Assembly (NCBI GenBank): GCA_002189035.1
Contig: CM007989.1
Coordinates: 8,246,001 to 8,310,000, forward strand
Reading direction: 5' to 3'
Length of the DNA stretch: 64,000 nt
DNA from: Utricularia gibba
Taxonomy: Eukaryota; Plantae; Magnoliophyta
The notes under the pieces were generated by a model. It was not told where the DNA came from and did not search any database. It saw nothing but the letters and a program-made list of their open reading frames with translations. Shown here in pieces: positions 44,336 through 57,151 of this stretch. The stretch's first letter is position 1. Each line of letters starts with the position of its first letter. A program made the position numbers and the translations under genes.

Positions 44336-45769
44336 ATGGCAAGGACTCCCCCACGCCTCATCTTCTTGGCGTTGCCGGTGCTCGCGGCGGTTCTGACGTA
44401 CCATCTTGACGAACTTGACCCGGTCTCGTATCCGGATGATGAGCTTCTCCGGTACCACCAACCCCTCTTCGTCCCCAAGCACAACCCCGGATGCTGCATG
44501 GCGTAGAGATGATCGGAAATGGGGAGCTCCTCTTACCGGAGGATGTTGCCTACGACCCCAAAACCGGCTTCATGTACACCGGTTGCGCCGACGGGTGGAT
44601 CAGCCGCGTCCGTGCTCCTCCTGTTCCGGGGGCATCGGCAACCGTTGAAAAGTGGGTCAACACCGGTGGCCGTCCCTTGGGCATCGCGCATGGACCTAAC
44701 GGTGAAGTTCTGGTTGCTGACGCTGAAAAGGCAAGTCCATTAATTGTTCTTTTGGTGAACTAACAGACAAACTGTGGCTGACTTTGGATGCTTCGTCGTT
44801 TGGTGAATAAGCACGTAATGAGGGAGATAGATTGAACCAACTGAAAAAGAAAGTGCCATTGCAGGGATTACTGAACGTGAGTAAAGATGGAGTCATCAAG
44901 GTGCTAACAGATAAAGCTGAGGGCATCAAATTCAAGATGACAAATGCTGTGGATATCGGTCCTGGTCAAATGATCTACTTCACCGACTCGTCGTTCAAAT
45001 TCTCCATAAAAGATCACATTTTGGACATCTTTGAGGGTAGACCTAATGGCAGATTGCTCAGCTACAATCCCTTCAACAAAGAAACCAAGGTTTTGGTTCG
45101 AGATCTCTTCTTCCCCAACGGTGTGACCCTGTCTGCTGATCAGCAGTCTGTCCTTTTCTGCGAAACCCCATTGCAAGTTCCAATCTTTATCTCTTTTCTT
45201 CTACTCTTTGTTTAGTTTCAACCACGAAAACCAAAGAGACTATTGATTGGTGCAGGAGGAGATGCAAAAGGTACCACATTCACGGTCCCAGGGAGGGATC
45301 TACTGATATCTTCGTGGAAAACTTGCCCGGCTTGCCTGATAACATTCGATACGACGGGGAAGGGCGATACTGGATCGCCTTAACCATGGTAAGATGATGA
45401 TCATTGAAAAATGGTAAATGGGAACGTGGGCTGTATGGCTCTCAGTGAGATCCAAAAACATTACTATCGTGTCCCACATTGCGTTTCTTCTATGCACAGG
45501 AAGCTGATACATGGGAAGTTGTGCAGCGACACCCTTTGCTTAGAAAGGTGGCTCGGATCGTGAAGGAGCGTGCTGGGGAGTGGATCAAAGTAGACAGGAA
45601 TGGAGGGGTGATCGCTGTCGATGTGCATGGGAATCCCCAGGAGCATTACTACGATCGCAACGCACGAATGGTTTCGAGTGCGATCAAGATAGGGGAGCAT
45701 CTCTACTGCGGATCCATTGTGCTCCAAAGCCTCGTTCGGTTGAACGTGACTCGGAACCCCGCAGCCTGA
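44336..45769 (+). CDS. Strictosidine-synthase-like / APMAP-like beta-propeller protein, 4 exons; one-base frameshift at C4 run 44485-44488
   Basis: N-terminal anchor, PEDVAYD, YTGCADGWI, GGRPLG, IYFTDSS, GRLLSYNP, LFFPNGVTLS, NLPGLPDNIRYDG. Introns 44731-44864 and 45173-45255 start GC. Confidence 0.88.
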
Positions 45770-46707
45770 GAAACCACTCCACTTTATTTTCCGATGAGTT
45801 TATGTTTTTCCCCGTTCATCATCGTGGGACGCTGTAGCGTTTCTCAAGAGCAAGGGGGTAACATCATTCAAGCTTTCTTCCAAGTAACTTGTGTCTCCAC
45901 ACGTTAATCTATGCGGATTCCCTTGTACCTTTTCCTGTTTCCTCTCCCTCATGCATATCCTCCATGGGAATATTTAAGAAACACTCAGATAATCTCAACT
46001 AGGTTGGATTCTTCTAGGGAGCACGGATTTCAATGCGCCTGCTGTGCTACAATAGCTAGTTTCTGTTATTCGGTGAATGAATGCGGGTGCGGTCCCTCAG
46101 GACGACTCAGACCCAGAGGTCCCTCTTGGGGCAATAATGCGGCGGCGAACGACTGCGACAGTTTTGAACCAAGCAAATGTCAGGATGATTATCAGAGGTC
46201 ATCAATCTGATGAAGGGAAGTAGAATGCGATCTGGTGCTTGTTTGTGCTCAGGCTGTGTATGAGCAGAACAACTCGAGATGCTGCTCCCAATGCTGCAAA
46301 CCTTTTACAATCCTCGTTTCTAAGGAAAAACAAACAGCTACGACTGAAGACTTGGCAGTTGGCCCGCGCAGTCCACTTCACTGATCTGGCTTCAACTCCC
46401 AAAAGGAAGAGAGGTTCATGGATCGCGATCATGCGTCAATTTTACACATTTATGGTCTTCTCGTTGCTCATTGTTTGCGGATTCCAAACTGCAATGAGCA
46501 TGACCATCTGAATAAAGCAGATATCTGTATGAACAGAAACGAAAGAGAACATGTTGGTTTATGCATTTTTTATTCTTATTTAATGTTTTGACATTAACTT
46601 TTTCCTTTTTTATAAGTAAAAAAATAAGAAAATCAGCATCATGATGTGATGGTGACATGGCATTATTTAATTAAAAATTAATTTGATAGTAATATTTTAA
46701 ATATTTA

Positions 46708-47042
46708 GGCGTGTTTTGTTTCTGAGCTTAACTAGGTTTATAGACATGTTTAATATTTTACAATGTTTGGTATATAGGTTATTGTTGGATTTAAATTTAC
46801 CCAACAGATTTATATAAACCCATCAATAACCCATGGATATGAGTTTATATAAACCCACCTAGGGGTGAGTTTAAGTATCATCATATTAATTATAAATACC
46901 TTTATCCTAAACTAATGCATGTAATGATAAAACCAAATAATTTTAACACATGAACCAAATAAGTTTACACATGAAACCCATTAATATGTATTTAAAGATA
47001 CCTAAATAATTTATATCACCAACCCCTCAACCAAACGGGGCC
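46708..47042. mobile_element. Tourist-like (PIF/Harbinger) MITE, 335 bp
   Basis: Imperfect TIRs GGCGTGTTTTGTT / AACCAAACGGGGCC (about 10 of 14 match), TTA on both flanks (46705-46707, 47043-47045), AT-rich non-coding interior. Confidence 0.55.
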
Positions 47043-47659
47043 TTAATGTATAAGTGAGTCGGACACGGAGGGTAGGCAGTTGGGTTGGGCCTTGCTAAAC
47101 CCAGACTAGTTAATGGGTCTGGACTGCTTTCCCGTAGGTGGGCTCAACCACTGAGCCTGTCCGCCCGAGTCTGGACTTGGGCTGAAAGTGGGTAACTTGG
47201 GGAGTAGGCCCAATTCACCAAGCCAAGGCCCTGTCTAGGACTGGCTTCTGAGTTCGTGTAGGGTCTCCGTTGACGAGATGGCAGGCGCGGTAGGGTCTCC
47301 CGCTCATTGAAGGTTTTCCAGTCGGGATCTGCCTGCCTGCCTGCCTCATTCCGGCCGTACACACACACACCCACACAGACCCAGACCTAGCTCTGGAAGT
47401 ATGTATGATATTCAAGATTAGAGGCCTTATTAATGATGTGGGTTTCGCAGAGATGTTCTTGGAAGGATGATACTCATGGCAGGAGGCCACAATACTTACT
47501 ATCTGAACACGGAGACATGGCATTCTGAACATTAACTCTAGGATATGATATGAAGCTGAGTCTTCGAGGGGAAAAGGGGTATCTGTGGGAGGATGCAGGC
47601 GCACGGAGGCTACTCAGCGTGGTTATTTTGAAGATGAGATGGGCTGGTGAGGTTGGCCG

Positions 47660-48643
47660 TCAAGGGCATTTGAGCCGGCCGCCGTGGGTTGTCATGTTGG
47701 CGTAGCACTTACCGCACACCTCTTTGTTCCCGAATTGCCCGGGTGGCACGCACTTGCATCTGTCGCAGCAGGTCACGCAGGCTCTCAGGCAAATATTCAG
47801 TCTCGAGTGCAGTTTGCATCTCACCTGGCACGGTGCAAAGCATTCTGCAAATCACCCACAGCCACATCACAAACATCAGGGGTGGTTCTTAAAGCTGAGG
47901 AGCACTGAAAGTTTATGCCGGTGAAGGGTGAAGTAAGCAGGTACCTTTGGTGTTTCTTGGTGTGGGCAATGCCGGTGTGGGAACTAATGGCTTTGCCGGA
48001 GGAAGTGATGGTTTGGCCGGTGGCGTCAGGGAAGGCTTTGCCGGAGGAAGTGATGGTTTGGCCGGAGTTTGCCGGAGGAAGTGATGGTTTGGCCGGAGGG
48101 GTCAGCGACGGCTTTGCCGGAGGAAGTGATGGTTTGGCCGGTGGGGTCAGCGACGGCTTTGCCGGAGGAAGTGATGGTTTGACCGGTGGAGGGAGTGACG
48201 GCTTTGCCGGAGGAAGCGACGGTTTGGCCGGTGGGGGCAGCGACGGCTTTGCCGGGGGAAGTGATGGTTTGGCTGGTGGAGGAAGCGACGGTTTGGCCGG
48301 TGGCGTCAGCGACGGCTTTGCCGGAGGGGGCAGAGATGGACTGGGCGGCGGCAGTATAGATGGCTTTGGCGGAGGAGGAAGTGATGGCTTGAGCAGTGTG
48401 GGTGGTGAGGAGCTGGGCGTTGAAGGCACTAGGGAGGATTCTGTGTCCACATTGATAACTTGTTCATCAAAAATCTCTGCACAAACCTGTGCAAGCAAGC
48501 AACATATCAGATCTCAGTCTCCTCAGGCAACCCAACAAGCTAAACTTGAGTGAATTCAGGTTCCCGAGAAAGCATACCTGAACATTCACGAGAAGAAGCA
48601 GACAAGCACATGCCACTACGAGAAACGCAGGCTTTGAAGCCAT
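47660..48643 (-). CDS. GASA14: Proline-rich GASA/Snakin protein (GASA14-like); frame broken by a 14-nt deletion in the repeat
   Basis: Signal-peptide exon 48578-48643 (MASKPAFLVVACACLLLLVNVQ), PAKPSL repeat exon 47945-48486, last exon 47660-47844 with a 12-Cys GASA domain (ECFAPCQVRCKLHSRLNICLRACVTCCDRCKCVPPGQFGNKEVCGKCYANMTTHGGRLKCP). Confidence 0.85.
47988..48385 (-). repeat. Coding tandem repeat of 21/24-nt units (PAKPSLP / PAKPSLT/PP)
   Basis: Alternating ccggccaaaccatcacttcct and ccggcaaagccgtcgctgaccc units read directly. Confidence 0.9.
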
Positions 48644-49557
48644 TTTTCGCAGAAAGAAAAAAAACTCAGGAGGGCCTCCTCATTCTGAATCTGATAGCTG
48701 AATATGGTCTTCTGTATTTATAGAGAGTCAGTTCCTGCAACCGGAGACGTGTGCTTCGTGCACCGATCTGCACCTGCATCATTCCACATGCACCAGCCCT
48801 CACCTGTATTAAACAAACTTATCTACCCTTTGCCATCCCATGTGCACTCCCCAAGGGAATTCAAAAGCACGCCTCATTTGAAACATTCGATGCACCGAGA
48901 ATTGGTACTAGATACTCAGAACTATTATCAGGAGTTTTTTCAATAGGAAACACTCACATAAAAATGTTGTTTGAACCCAGAATACACATGTCATCCATCA
49001 ACTATTACCACGATGTGCTGGAAAATAGTGGTCCACCAACTCACATGATCATGCTATATCATGAGAGCAAAAAACTGTGAAATAATAAAATTAGCTATAG
49101 GCAAAAGGTGAAAACTTGGCAATGACTCTCGAGGTAATAAATATCTGGGCAGGTAACCTCTGGGGAAAAATAAGTGGTGATGGTCCACAAAACAACTGTA
49201 CAAAATTTATGTGTTTCCTTGCATCGTTTTGAGAGCTTGGAATTCAAGTCCTGGACTGTAAGCTCAATACCAAAAACCATCGAGATAGATGTCATTTCAA
49301 AGCAGGGGCAAGACAGTGGAGTTAAAGCACACTCAGGAAGAAATTACAGCACACTCGAGCAGGCTATCATAAATAAATCGACATAAAGCCAGAAACTGTC
49401 GGATTCCTTTTTTTTTTCCAGCTTGGTCCATTGTAGATGACAAGAAACAATGTCAGCTCATGTACGAATTTGGGCCAGAAATACAGCACCTCATCATCAC
49501 AATTTACAAACGATGTTTGGGGGTCTTGCACCAGATGAAACTACACGAAATGCACCT

Positions 49558-51396
49558 TTATTTCATATCGCACTCGACTTGGACTTCGCCATCTGCAAAT
49601 GAAGTTTTTTTTAGAGAAGCGCTAATAGATGAAGAATGACACCCTGAAGGCAAAGATTAACAGATTTTACTCTTCAAATGGATCGCAAGATTAGCCTGTG
49701 CATCAGCTTCACAGTTGTACTCCTGAGGGAATTAAGTTAAGTTCACAAATATACACAAATGGAACTACTAACTGAGACAATAACCAAATAAAAATCCCTG
49801 GTTATAGCTTATGCACATGCACAAAGCTCACCCTTTCAACATGACGCATCTGGAAAGACGTAAACCGATCCCTGAGCTCTTTTGCGACCCTACACAGATC
49901 AGCCATATTCTGGTTTTTAGTCTTCCAAAGTTCCTGAACCTGACAAATAGTAGAGCAAAGAAGTCGAGCACAAACATCACGACCACAAAAATCTTCCGCT
50001 CCAAAAAAGATAACTGAAAGCACCACATCAAATTCTTTGGTTAAAGATAAGGACATACAGGAAACAGAAAGTAGCATGAGAAACGTGATAACCTGCATGC
50101 AGACAAGTTTTGAGTCCCCTTGAATACGAACATGTTTAAATCCCTTCTGAAGAGCATATCTTAGGCCCAAAATGGCACCTCTATACTCAGCCACGTTATT
50201 AGTTGCAATGCCCACACCTTCCCGCAATCGTAAAACCTGTAAAATTTCCACCAGTGGTATTCTAGGTGTCATTGCAAGAACAGTCTCGAGAAAACAGCCC
50301 ATTTCTTTACACAATGATACGTAGAATCAAGTTTTGAAATTCAAACATGCAGTACCATGCTCCCATCTGCTGTTCGCAGCACAGCACCAGCACCAGCCAG
50401 GCCAGGATTTCCTTTTGAAGCACCATCAAATTCAATAACACAGGAGCTCTGTCCGTGCAAGAGGAAAATAAGGCAGGCTTCACCCCCAACTCAATCACAA
50501 GTCAAATAACACAAAATTACAAGAGCTGCAACCATACAAGTACATTGCTGCACAAGATAACATACAAACTTGCGTTGGGGTTGAGGTTAACCAATAGTAT
50601 GAAGTAAACAGAAATTATTTCTTTCGAGAAAATGCCTCCATTGTAGAGACTTACACAGTAAGAAGACACAGGTTCAACTTCCATGAAATTATCTGATCCG
50701 CCATGCTTGACCCGTGGAATTGCAGATGCCGTTGCTCCAACCACGTCCTGCCAATATAAAAAATTGCGTGGTGGTTTACTAAATGGTCAGGCTCCAAGAA
50801 AAAGACGAAATGAGTTCAGAAGTCACTTGTTGACTCCTTTCTCCATGGTTCTTGCCCGGCGATTTGTTAATAGCAAAATTAGGTTCCTGCACAAACAGGA
50901 ATTCTTATTAAGCTCTTATTCCTTCAAATGATATCTGATGTAAAATCTTCATTCAAGCAATTAACCGGCATTGTCACCCTATAAAAAAGGCACCAAAATA
51001 ACTCCCAGGTGGTAAATTCCATACGCCAAAGAAATTCAACTTTTACACGAGTTCCAGAGCCGAACCCTGAAAGGACAAACAGCCACTTGACCAAAAAGAT
51101 CATCTTGCACACTGCTGGCTTCAACAGAGTACATAGCATTCTTTAGCCCATGAGACGCGAGATACTCCTCAGCCTTCTTCGACAGGCCGTAACCTTTAAA
51201 CACCCTCACAGAAGGATCGTCCTCCTAGAAAAGGAAAGATATTCTCCTGGAATCACCCCAGCAAGAGTTATACGTACTGAAATTAAGATATACGTACTGA
51301 AGATCGAAGAAAAGACTGAAGATCAGTCATGCTCTTATACACGCCGACATTATCCCCCTTCCGCACAACATAAAAAGCATCTCTTTCATCTCCCAT
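49558..51396 (-). CDS. RNH1A: RNase H1 (RNH1A-like, no transit peptide), multi-exon
   Basis: Starts MGDERDAFYVVRKGDNVGVY (hybrid-binding domain) with an in-frame stop upstream. Catalytic motifs FDGASKGNPG, TNNVAEY, QGDSKLV, NCEADAQAN intact. Confidence 0.85.
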
Positions 51397-51975
51397 TCTT
51401 CCGGTTTTCCCGTAACAGAACAGTTACGACGAAGTTCCAGGCTTTCAGCACAGGAGAACCAGAACGGCAGAAGCCAAAGAACGCATGCTTGAAGGTCCCT
51501 CGAAATAAGTAGAAACTCACCCCCGAGACCTTACGACAACCGCCGGAGAAGTCACCGGGAAAACGGAATGGATTTGGGTGTGTACCCGGAAATGCAAGAA
51601 AGGTTGCATCTCCGGTAGGCCCATCCAACGAGCCCAAATAGAAATATTATTTTTAAAATATAATATTATTTATTACTAATCTGTACCGTTTTTTCGGTTA
51701 GAAGAACCATCCATACTTTTTTATCTGTCTTTTGTATGCATTTACTTGCACTTCCAGTTGTATGATTTCACAAGTAGTATATTTACCCATGGAATCTGCT
51801 GATGGTGATTACTGTCAACTGCAAAGGTATTTAACATTCAACAGAAGGGTAGTGTTTTACCTGCTTGGGATTTCTTTGATGTCTGTCTCCCTGTTGTCAT
51901 CAGAAACAAGCTGAGGTCTATGGGGCTGCAAAATCCTTCTCTCCATGTCAACGTTTGCATGTATCATCTTTGCCT

Positions 51976-53607
51976 TCAGATGTAACCAGTGACGGGGACT
52001 CGCTTCAGTAGCATGGCGAGATCATAAGACTTGAAATCTCTGCCGTAACATAGACTTAGATCCAGTGCTGTGTTTCCATCCTGCACAGAACCCCATAATT
52101 CAGTCAAAGATTTACACAGGCAAACAAATGGCTCAATGATAATGAAGGTTGATGATATGGGATTATAGATCCTATAACTTGAAACTGGTATTGAATCATG
52201 TCATTTAAGTGCAAACATATCCCTGTAGTTTCGAGTATCACCTTGTTCCGCCTTGTTCTATCAGCGCCATTGACCAAAAGAATCTTGGCTATGTCACGGT
52301 TCCTTGTTTGGATGGCCACATGCAATGGTGTCCAGCCTTCCTGCACATAGAACTTGGCAATGAAGATATATATGTGTGAAGTTTAGCAGACCCCTTTGTT
52401 GCATATTTGAGACAAAATGCATTCATTTCTAAGCACAATAGCTCCTCACGTTGTCAGCAACATTCACATTAACTTTACACTTGATCAACAACTTCACGGT
52501 TTGCATGGCCCCAACTTGAACAGCATAATGAAGGGGCGTGGCGCCATCCTGTGATGAAAAGGAGAATCAAGTAACGCATCCTTGATGTGTAGGTTAGTAC
52601 AGAAAAACTCAACAAGCAAAACAGATCATCTCGTACCCGGTCCTTCGCATCAGGATTTGCTCCTTTTCTTAAGAGATGACTTGTCACGGCCTCTCTTTTA
52701 CCAATAACAGCTAAATGCAGGGGAGTCAAGCCATCCTGCCCCAAGAAATTCGCTCATATATAATAATCGACCCACCTTTAAACACAAGCCGTTGCCTCAC
52801 TAGTGGGGTTACCTTATCAGGCAGGTCAATGTTACAACCCATCTCAAGCAACTCATCCATGAACTTTATCTGTCCAGAGAGAGCATAACTATGGAGAGGC
52901 TTCCATCTTGCCTGTTAATAAGGTCTTCAAACTAAGTAAACATCATTAAGAACAAATCCAAACATTTCAAAAAAAAAAGCTATCATATCATCCAGCATAC
53001 AGTTGATAACTTCTCCAAGCTAGGCACTGTATTCTGCTTCAAAATTTCCCATTCCTCTGGTTCCAACATCTGTTCAACCTCTGTGCAGAAAAAAAGATGG
53101 ACAGAATCTGAGCTTGCTATTTGTATCCATGGAGAACATGCTTATCGCTTCAATTTCCTAGTTCCTAAGCAGTGCACAGCTCCCCTAGTGCTACATATAC
53201 AACATCCACCATTCACCTCGCAGTAGATCGTCTTCGGTGTTCTCCGTGGTGAGCTCCTTAACGCTGACGTTGGTAACTGCAGCCTTGCCATGCCCGTTGC
53301 CTTCCCACCCAATTCCGTAATCCAAATCATCCTCTGTCATATCCTCATCTTCACCTTCAGAATCATCTTGATAGTCACTGTCATCAGAATCAGGGTCTTC
53401 CCACAGTCCATAATTTTCGACAGCGTGAAATTTCCTTCCAGAATAACGTTTAGAAGAACGAACGGAGCATTGGTTCCATCCTCTTAAGCATAACCTAGAG
53501 AACCCTGCGCTGCTCAGGCAGCTACACGGCACCAGGTACGCCGGCGACGCCACATTATCCAATCGCAGCTTAGGCGAGAGCAAATAATTACACGATGAAA
53601 GTATCAT
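51976..53607 (-). CDS. EMB506: Plastid ankyrin-repeat protein EMB506
   Basis: Transit peptide, LWEDPDSDDSDY acidic region, EVEQMLEPEE, WKPLHSYAL, IGKREAVTSHLLRKGANP, GWTPLHVAIQTRNRDIAKILL, LCYGRDFKSYDL. Confidence 0.9.
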
Positions 53608-53901
53608 TCTTCAATATACGAGCTGGCGCGTTTTATCAAACACCTGGCGGGCAACAAATGCTTCGACAGATAAACAAGAGTTCCGAGCAAGACTCGGTTC
53701 AGAAGTTGAGAATTTGCAGAGATACATCCTTAGGGTTTGCTCTTATTTCGATTCAACCCCAAATTCCCTATTCCATAAAACAACATTATCTTCGCTTTTA
53801 TATCATAGTTGAGAAAAATCCGATTATTTTATGGTTCTTCGCCGGCCCCCCGCCGCGAATCAGGAGGGCAGGGAGCCAATACAATAGAGTGTTCTTCAGG
53901 C

Positions 53902-56900
53902 TCAAGTACGTTGCCTGCTGCGCATGATGTCTCTCACCGAATCCAGAATCCTAACGTAATCAAAGAAGAGGGAGGACTCCTTACCCTCCAACCCGTCCCG
54001 GCTCACCCTGTTGCTTCCGGCGAGATTGTTGCATGGGCTTCCACCAACCACTAGATCGAAACCTCCGACTGTGTCGACCATCTGGACTAGCTTTTCACAA
54101 TCAAACTGCTGTACGTCATCGAAATCTATGAGGTTTCCAGTTTGGTTGGTCTGCTCCCACCAGCTCCTCACGATGTCTCGGTTGGCCTTCGACTTCTCGA
54201 TCGAGACGACGTTCTTCAACTTTATACCCAGACGATGAAGCGCAACTTCAGCGCCACCGATCCCAGAGAAGAGTGAAAGAAGGTTGATACCGTTGGGGTA
54301 GAGATTCCGTAACACAGAGAGGTGATATGCCACTGTATCGACCTGAATCATTGAGAAATGACTGTTATATATGCATGGCACTTGTAGTGGCATTGCTTGA
54401 AAGAAAATGGAGAAACTACTAACCTGGAATGAATTTCCAAGTGACTTGTATCGATCTGTCCTGCTAATTCCACCTCCTCTCGTGTGGTTCTTCGGAAAGC
54501 CCAATAGCATCTCCACTTCATCAGGCTCTAAAGGGGCGACCTTGTTCCTGCCAACCCAGACCAGATTCCACTTCCTACACTGATCGAGGATGTACTTCTG
54601 AACTGAATCTGGTGGATCGCCCTCATAACTCTCCAGGGCAGTGCGAATCCGCTCTGTCAACTTTGCACTAGCGATAGCAGTCTGTATACAGTTCAGCTTG
54701 TCTCGGGGATCCCATGAAGGCCACCATCTCTTGTGAAGTGGGAATGCCTGCTGAACTGTGAGAGGAGGGAAAGGAATCAGAGGTTCCCTGTCTTCAATAG
54801 GAAGGTTATGGATGTAGCCTCTCTTCCTCGCGGCAGCACAAAAGTACTTGGAATCAACAAACTCAGGCTCAATCTCATAGAGATGCCTGGATATCGTGTC
54901 CCAAACTCCCTTAGGAGCAAGAGCAACATTCTCGTAGTAGAAGTATGGAGGACCCCTGGCATGCTCTGGAAGACAACGGGTACACTGCTGAATATGCTCT
55001 AAGGGTACACCAAACCCTATCATAGGATTCGGTAGACGAATAATTTCCTCCATCATCTCCTTCTTCCGGGACATCTCACTAAATTTTCTCTTCTTTTTGT
55101 TGATTTCTCCAAGATTTGGCTGCAGAGAACAAACAACTGATAATCGAAATGATGCCCGAGTATCATTGTTAAAAACAGTATACGAAACTGTAGACGAAGC
55201 TGAACCTTGATTTTTTCATCAGGCAAATAAAAGTCCTCCTCTCTGGCCATTTGAGCAGCACATAAGAAATCAGTCAAAACCACAATGGAGGCACCAGGAC
55301 CTGCAACAAATAAAGTTTTGTTGGCAGATCAGCATCTATTAACAGATGCTACATTTCATTACGCAATCATATGACACTGATGCATAACTCCACTAGACTT
55401 GTTTAGATGCTCTTTTGGCCGGATATCACATATCAAAGACTAGCAACGGGACGTAAGTGTTTGAAACATGCCTGAGTTGACGGTAATGTACCAATACAGG
55501 CAAATAGTTGAACACCTACCGCATCTGTCCATGGCGATTGAGGCCTCTTCCACGGGGTACCCCATATTCGCCAAATCCAACAGCGTTTTGTCTTTCTCAG
55601 ACAAGGAGCCCGTACTTGCACGGGATAACAACATCTTATGCTGTTCAGATTGTGGTTTCTTATCATCCTGCCGATGAAAGTTATACCAACGCGGATTACA
55701 GCAGCTTACTCTTATTAATATGCCTTATAGTTTCCTCCATAACAATAAAAAGAACTATAGATGACACAGTCCATGATAGCTAGAATTAAAAAGCAAAAAA
55801 AGCACCTAGTCTTTAACAGAGTTAAGAAAACCATAAAAAAGATGACAAGAAAATAAGCATTCCAGAAAATAACGTACTTCTTCAATGTCAGACCAGTTTT
55901 CAAAGTCCGAAGGATCCTCCATAATGTTCTCATTGTAATCTGAGGAGCATGGATCGGAATTGACAGAGAGCTGCTGCTCAGGAGAGTCTTCAAGAGTCTG
56001 CAGTAAAAGACACAGGCTAGGTTATAATCTCATTGAAATGATGGAAGCGCTTGACAGTATGCAATAAAAATCACATAATATTTCTGATTCGCAGCCACTG
56101 TCAGAATGGGTGGAATCAGCTATAGCCATCTGGCTACTGTGAAAAAATATGCTAGACACGCTGCCGACAAACTCCGATTGGAATAGCCCACCACCTAAAG
56201 CTATAAAACATTGAAGCCATAACCATAAACCCGAAACACCACAAAACCTCAACAGCTAAAAGTATTGCACAGTGAGAAACAATGAAGCATCGAAAAATCT
56301 TAATCAACAAGCACATGACTTCAATAAGAATAAATTCCAGACGTTCTGTCTGCTGAAAATGCTAATCAGCCTTCATAATGAGTAACGTAACAGTCAAATC
56401 TAAGGTGCCACATTTACCGATGAAGAAAAACAAGCAAAATGAGCACAAAATCAGATTCTGGAAAAGGGAAAATGACATACTGAGTATGTTAGAAGGGCAT
56501 TTAGTATCAACTCGGTGTTGTCTTCTCCTGCTCGTAAGAGTTTAAGTCAAATACTGCTGTTGTTTCCTTAGTCACAAAAGAAGAAATTAAAGGGATGTAC
56601 CATTCTCCAAAATGGCCTTCATGACCATCTTTTCAGCAAATCCCATTCCAACAAATTCATTAATTAGCCTTGAACGGGTGACTCCTAACGAGGAGCTTGC
56701 CTTCATGCGAAATAAGAGTCATTGATTAGGTGACGATGTCCACTAAATGATCCGTATCAAAGCAAAAGAGATCAATCAATCAGTAACAATTCCCAAAATC
56801 TCAAAGGTGATCTAGGAAAGTAAGAGATGTGGAGCCATCCAAGCTTAGTGCTACATGAATATGAAACTTTGGCAGAATCCAGGACCTGTGTGTTTACCTC

Positions 56901-57151
56901 TCCAATTGTATTTAAAGATTCTGCATTACAAGACACATTGAGCTGAGACGAACCCACTGTTACAGTAAGAACTTCCTCTTCATCATCCGTGGTCCAATCT
57001 ACCTCAAACTCGTCTTCAGCTTCCCGATCCTGCAGACAAGGTCAAGAAAATACAATACGACAAAGCTTAAGTTAAATAGCATCGATGCACCTAAACATGC
57101 ATTTTCTAGATTAATAAAGCACAAGGGTCGGAAATTGAGTAGGACAACCAT
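53902..57151 (-). CDS. DRM2: DOMAINS REARRANGED METHYLTRANSFERASE (de novo cytosine methyltransferase)
   Basis: UBA exons (FVGMGFAEKMV, LANMGYPVEEAS), PPYFYYENV, SLGNSFQ/VDTVAYHL, LSLFSGIGGAEVALHRLG, GGSPCNNL with catalytic Cys intact. ATG-only first coding exon inferred at 57149-57151. Confidence 0.93.

Noticed and set aside
45911-46511. Small ORFs and a miR159/319-precursor-like gtgaatgaatgcggg
   Set aside because: No mature miR159/319 sequence nearby; the ORFs and a possible spliced CCSQCC peptide match nothing I recognise.
47915-48553. Gly-rich 212-aa plus-strand ORF
   Set aside because: Antisense reading of the GASA proline repeat.
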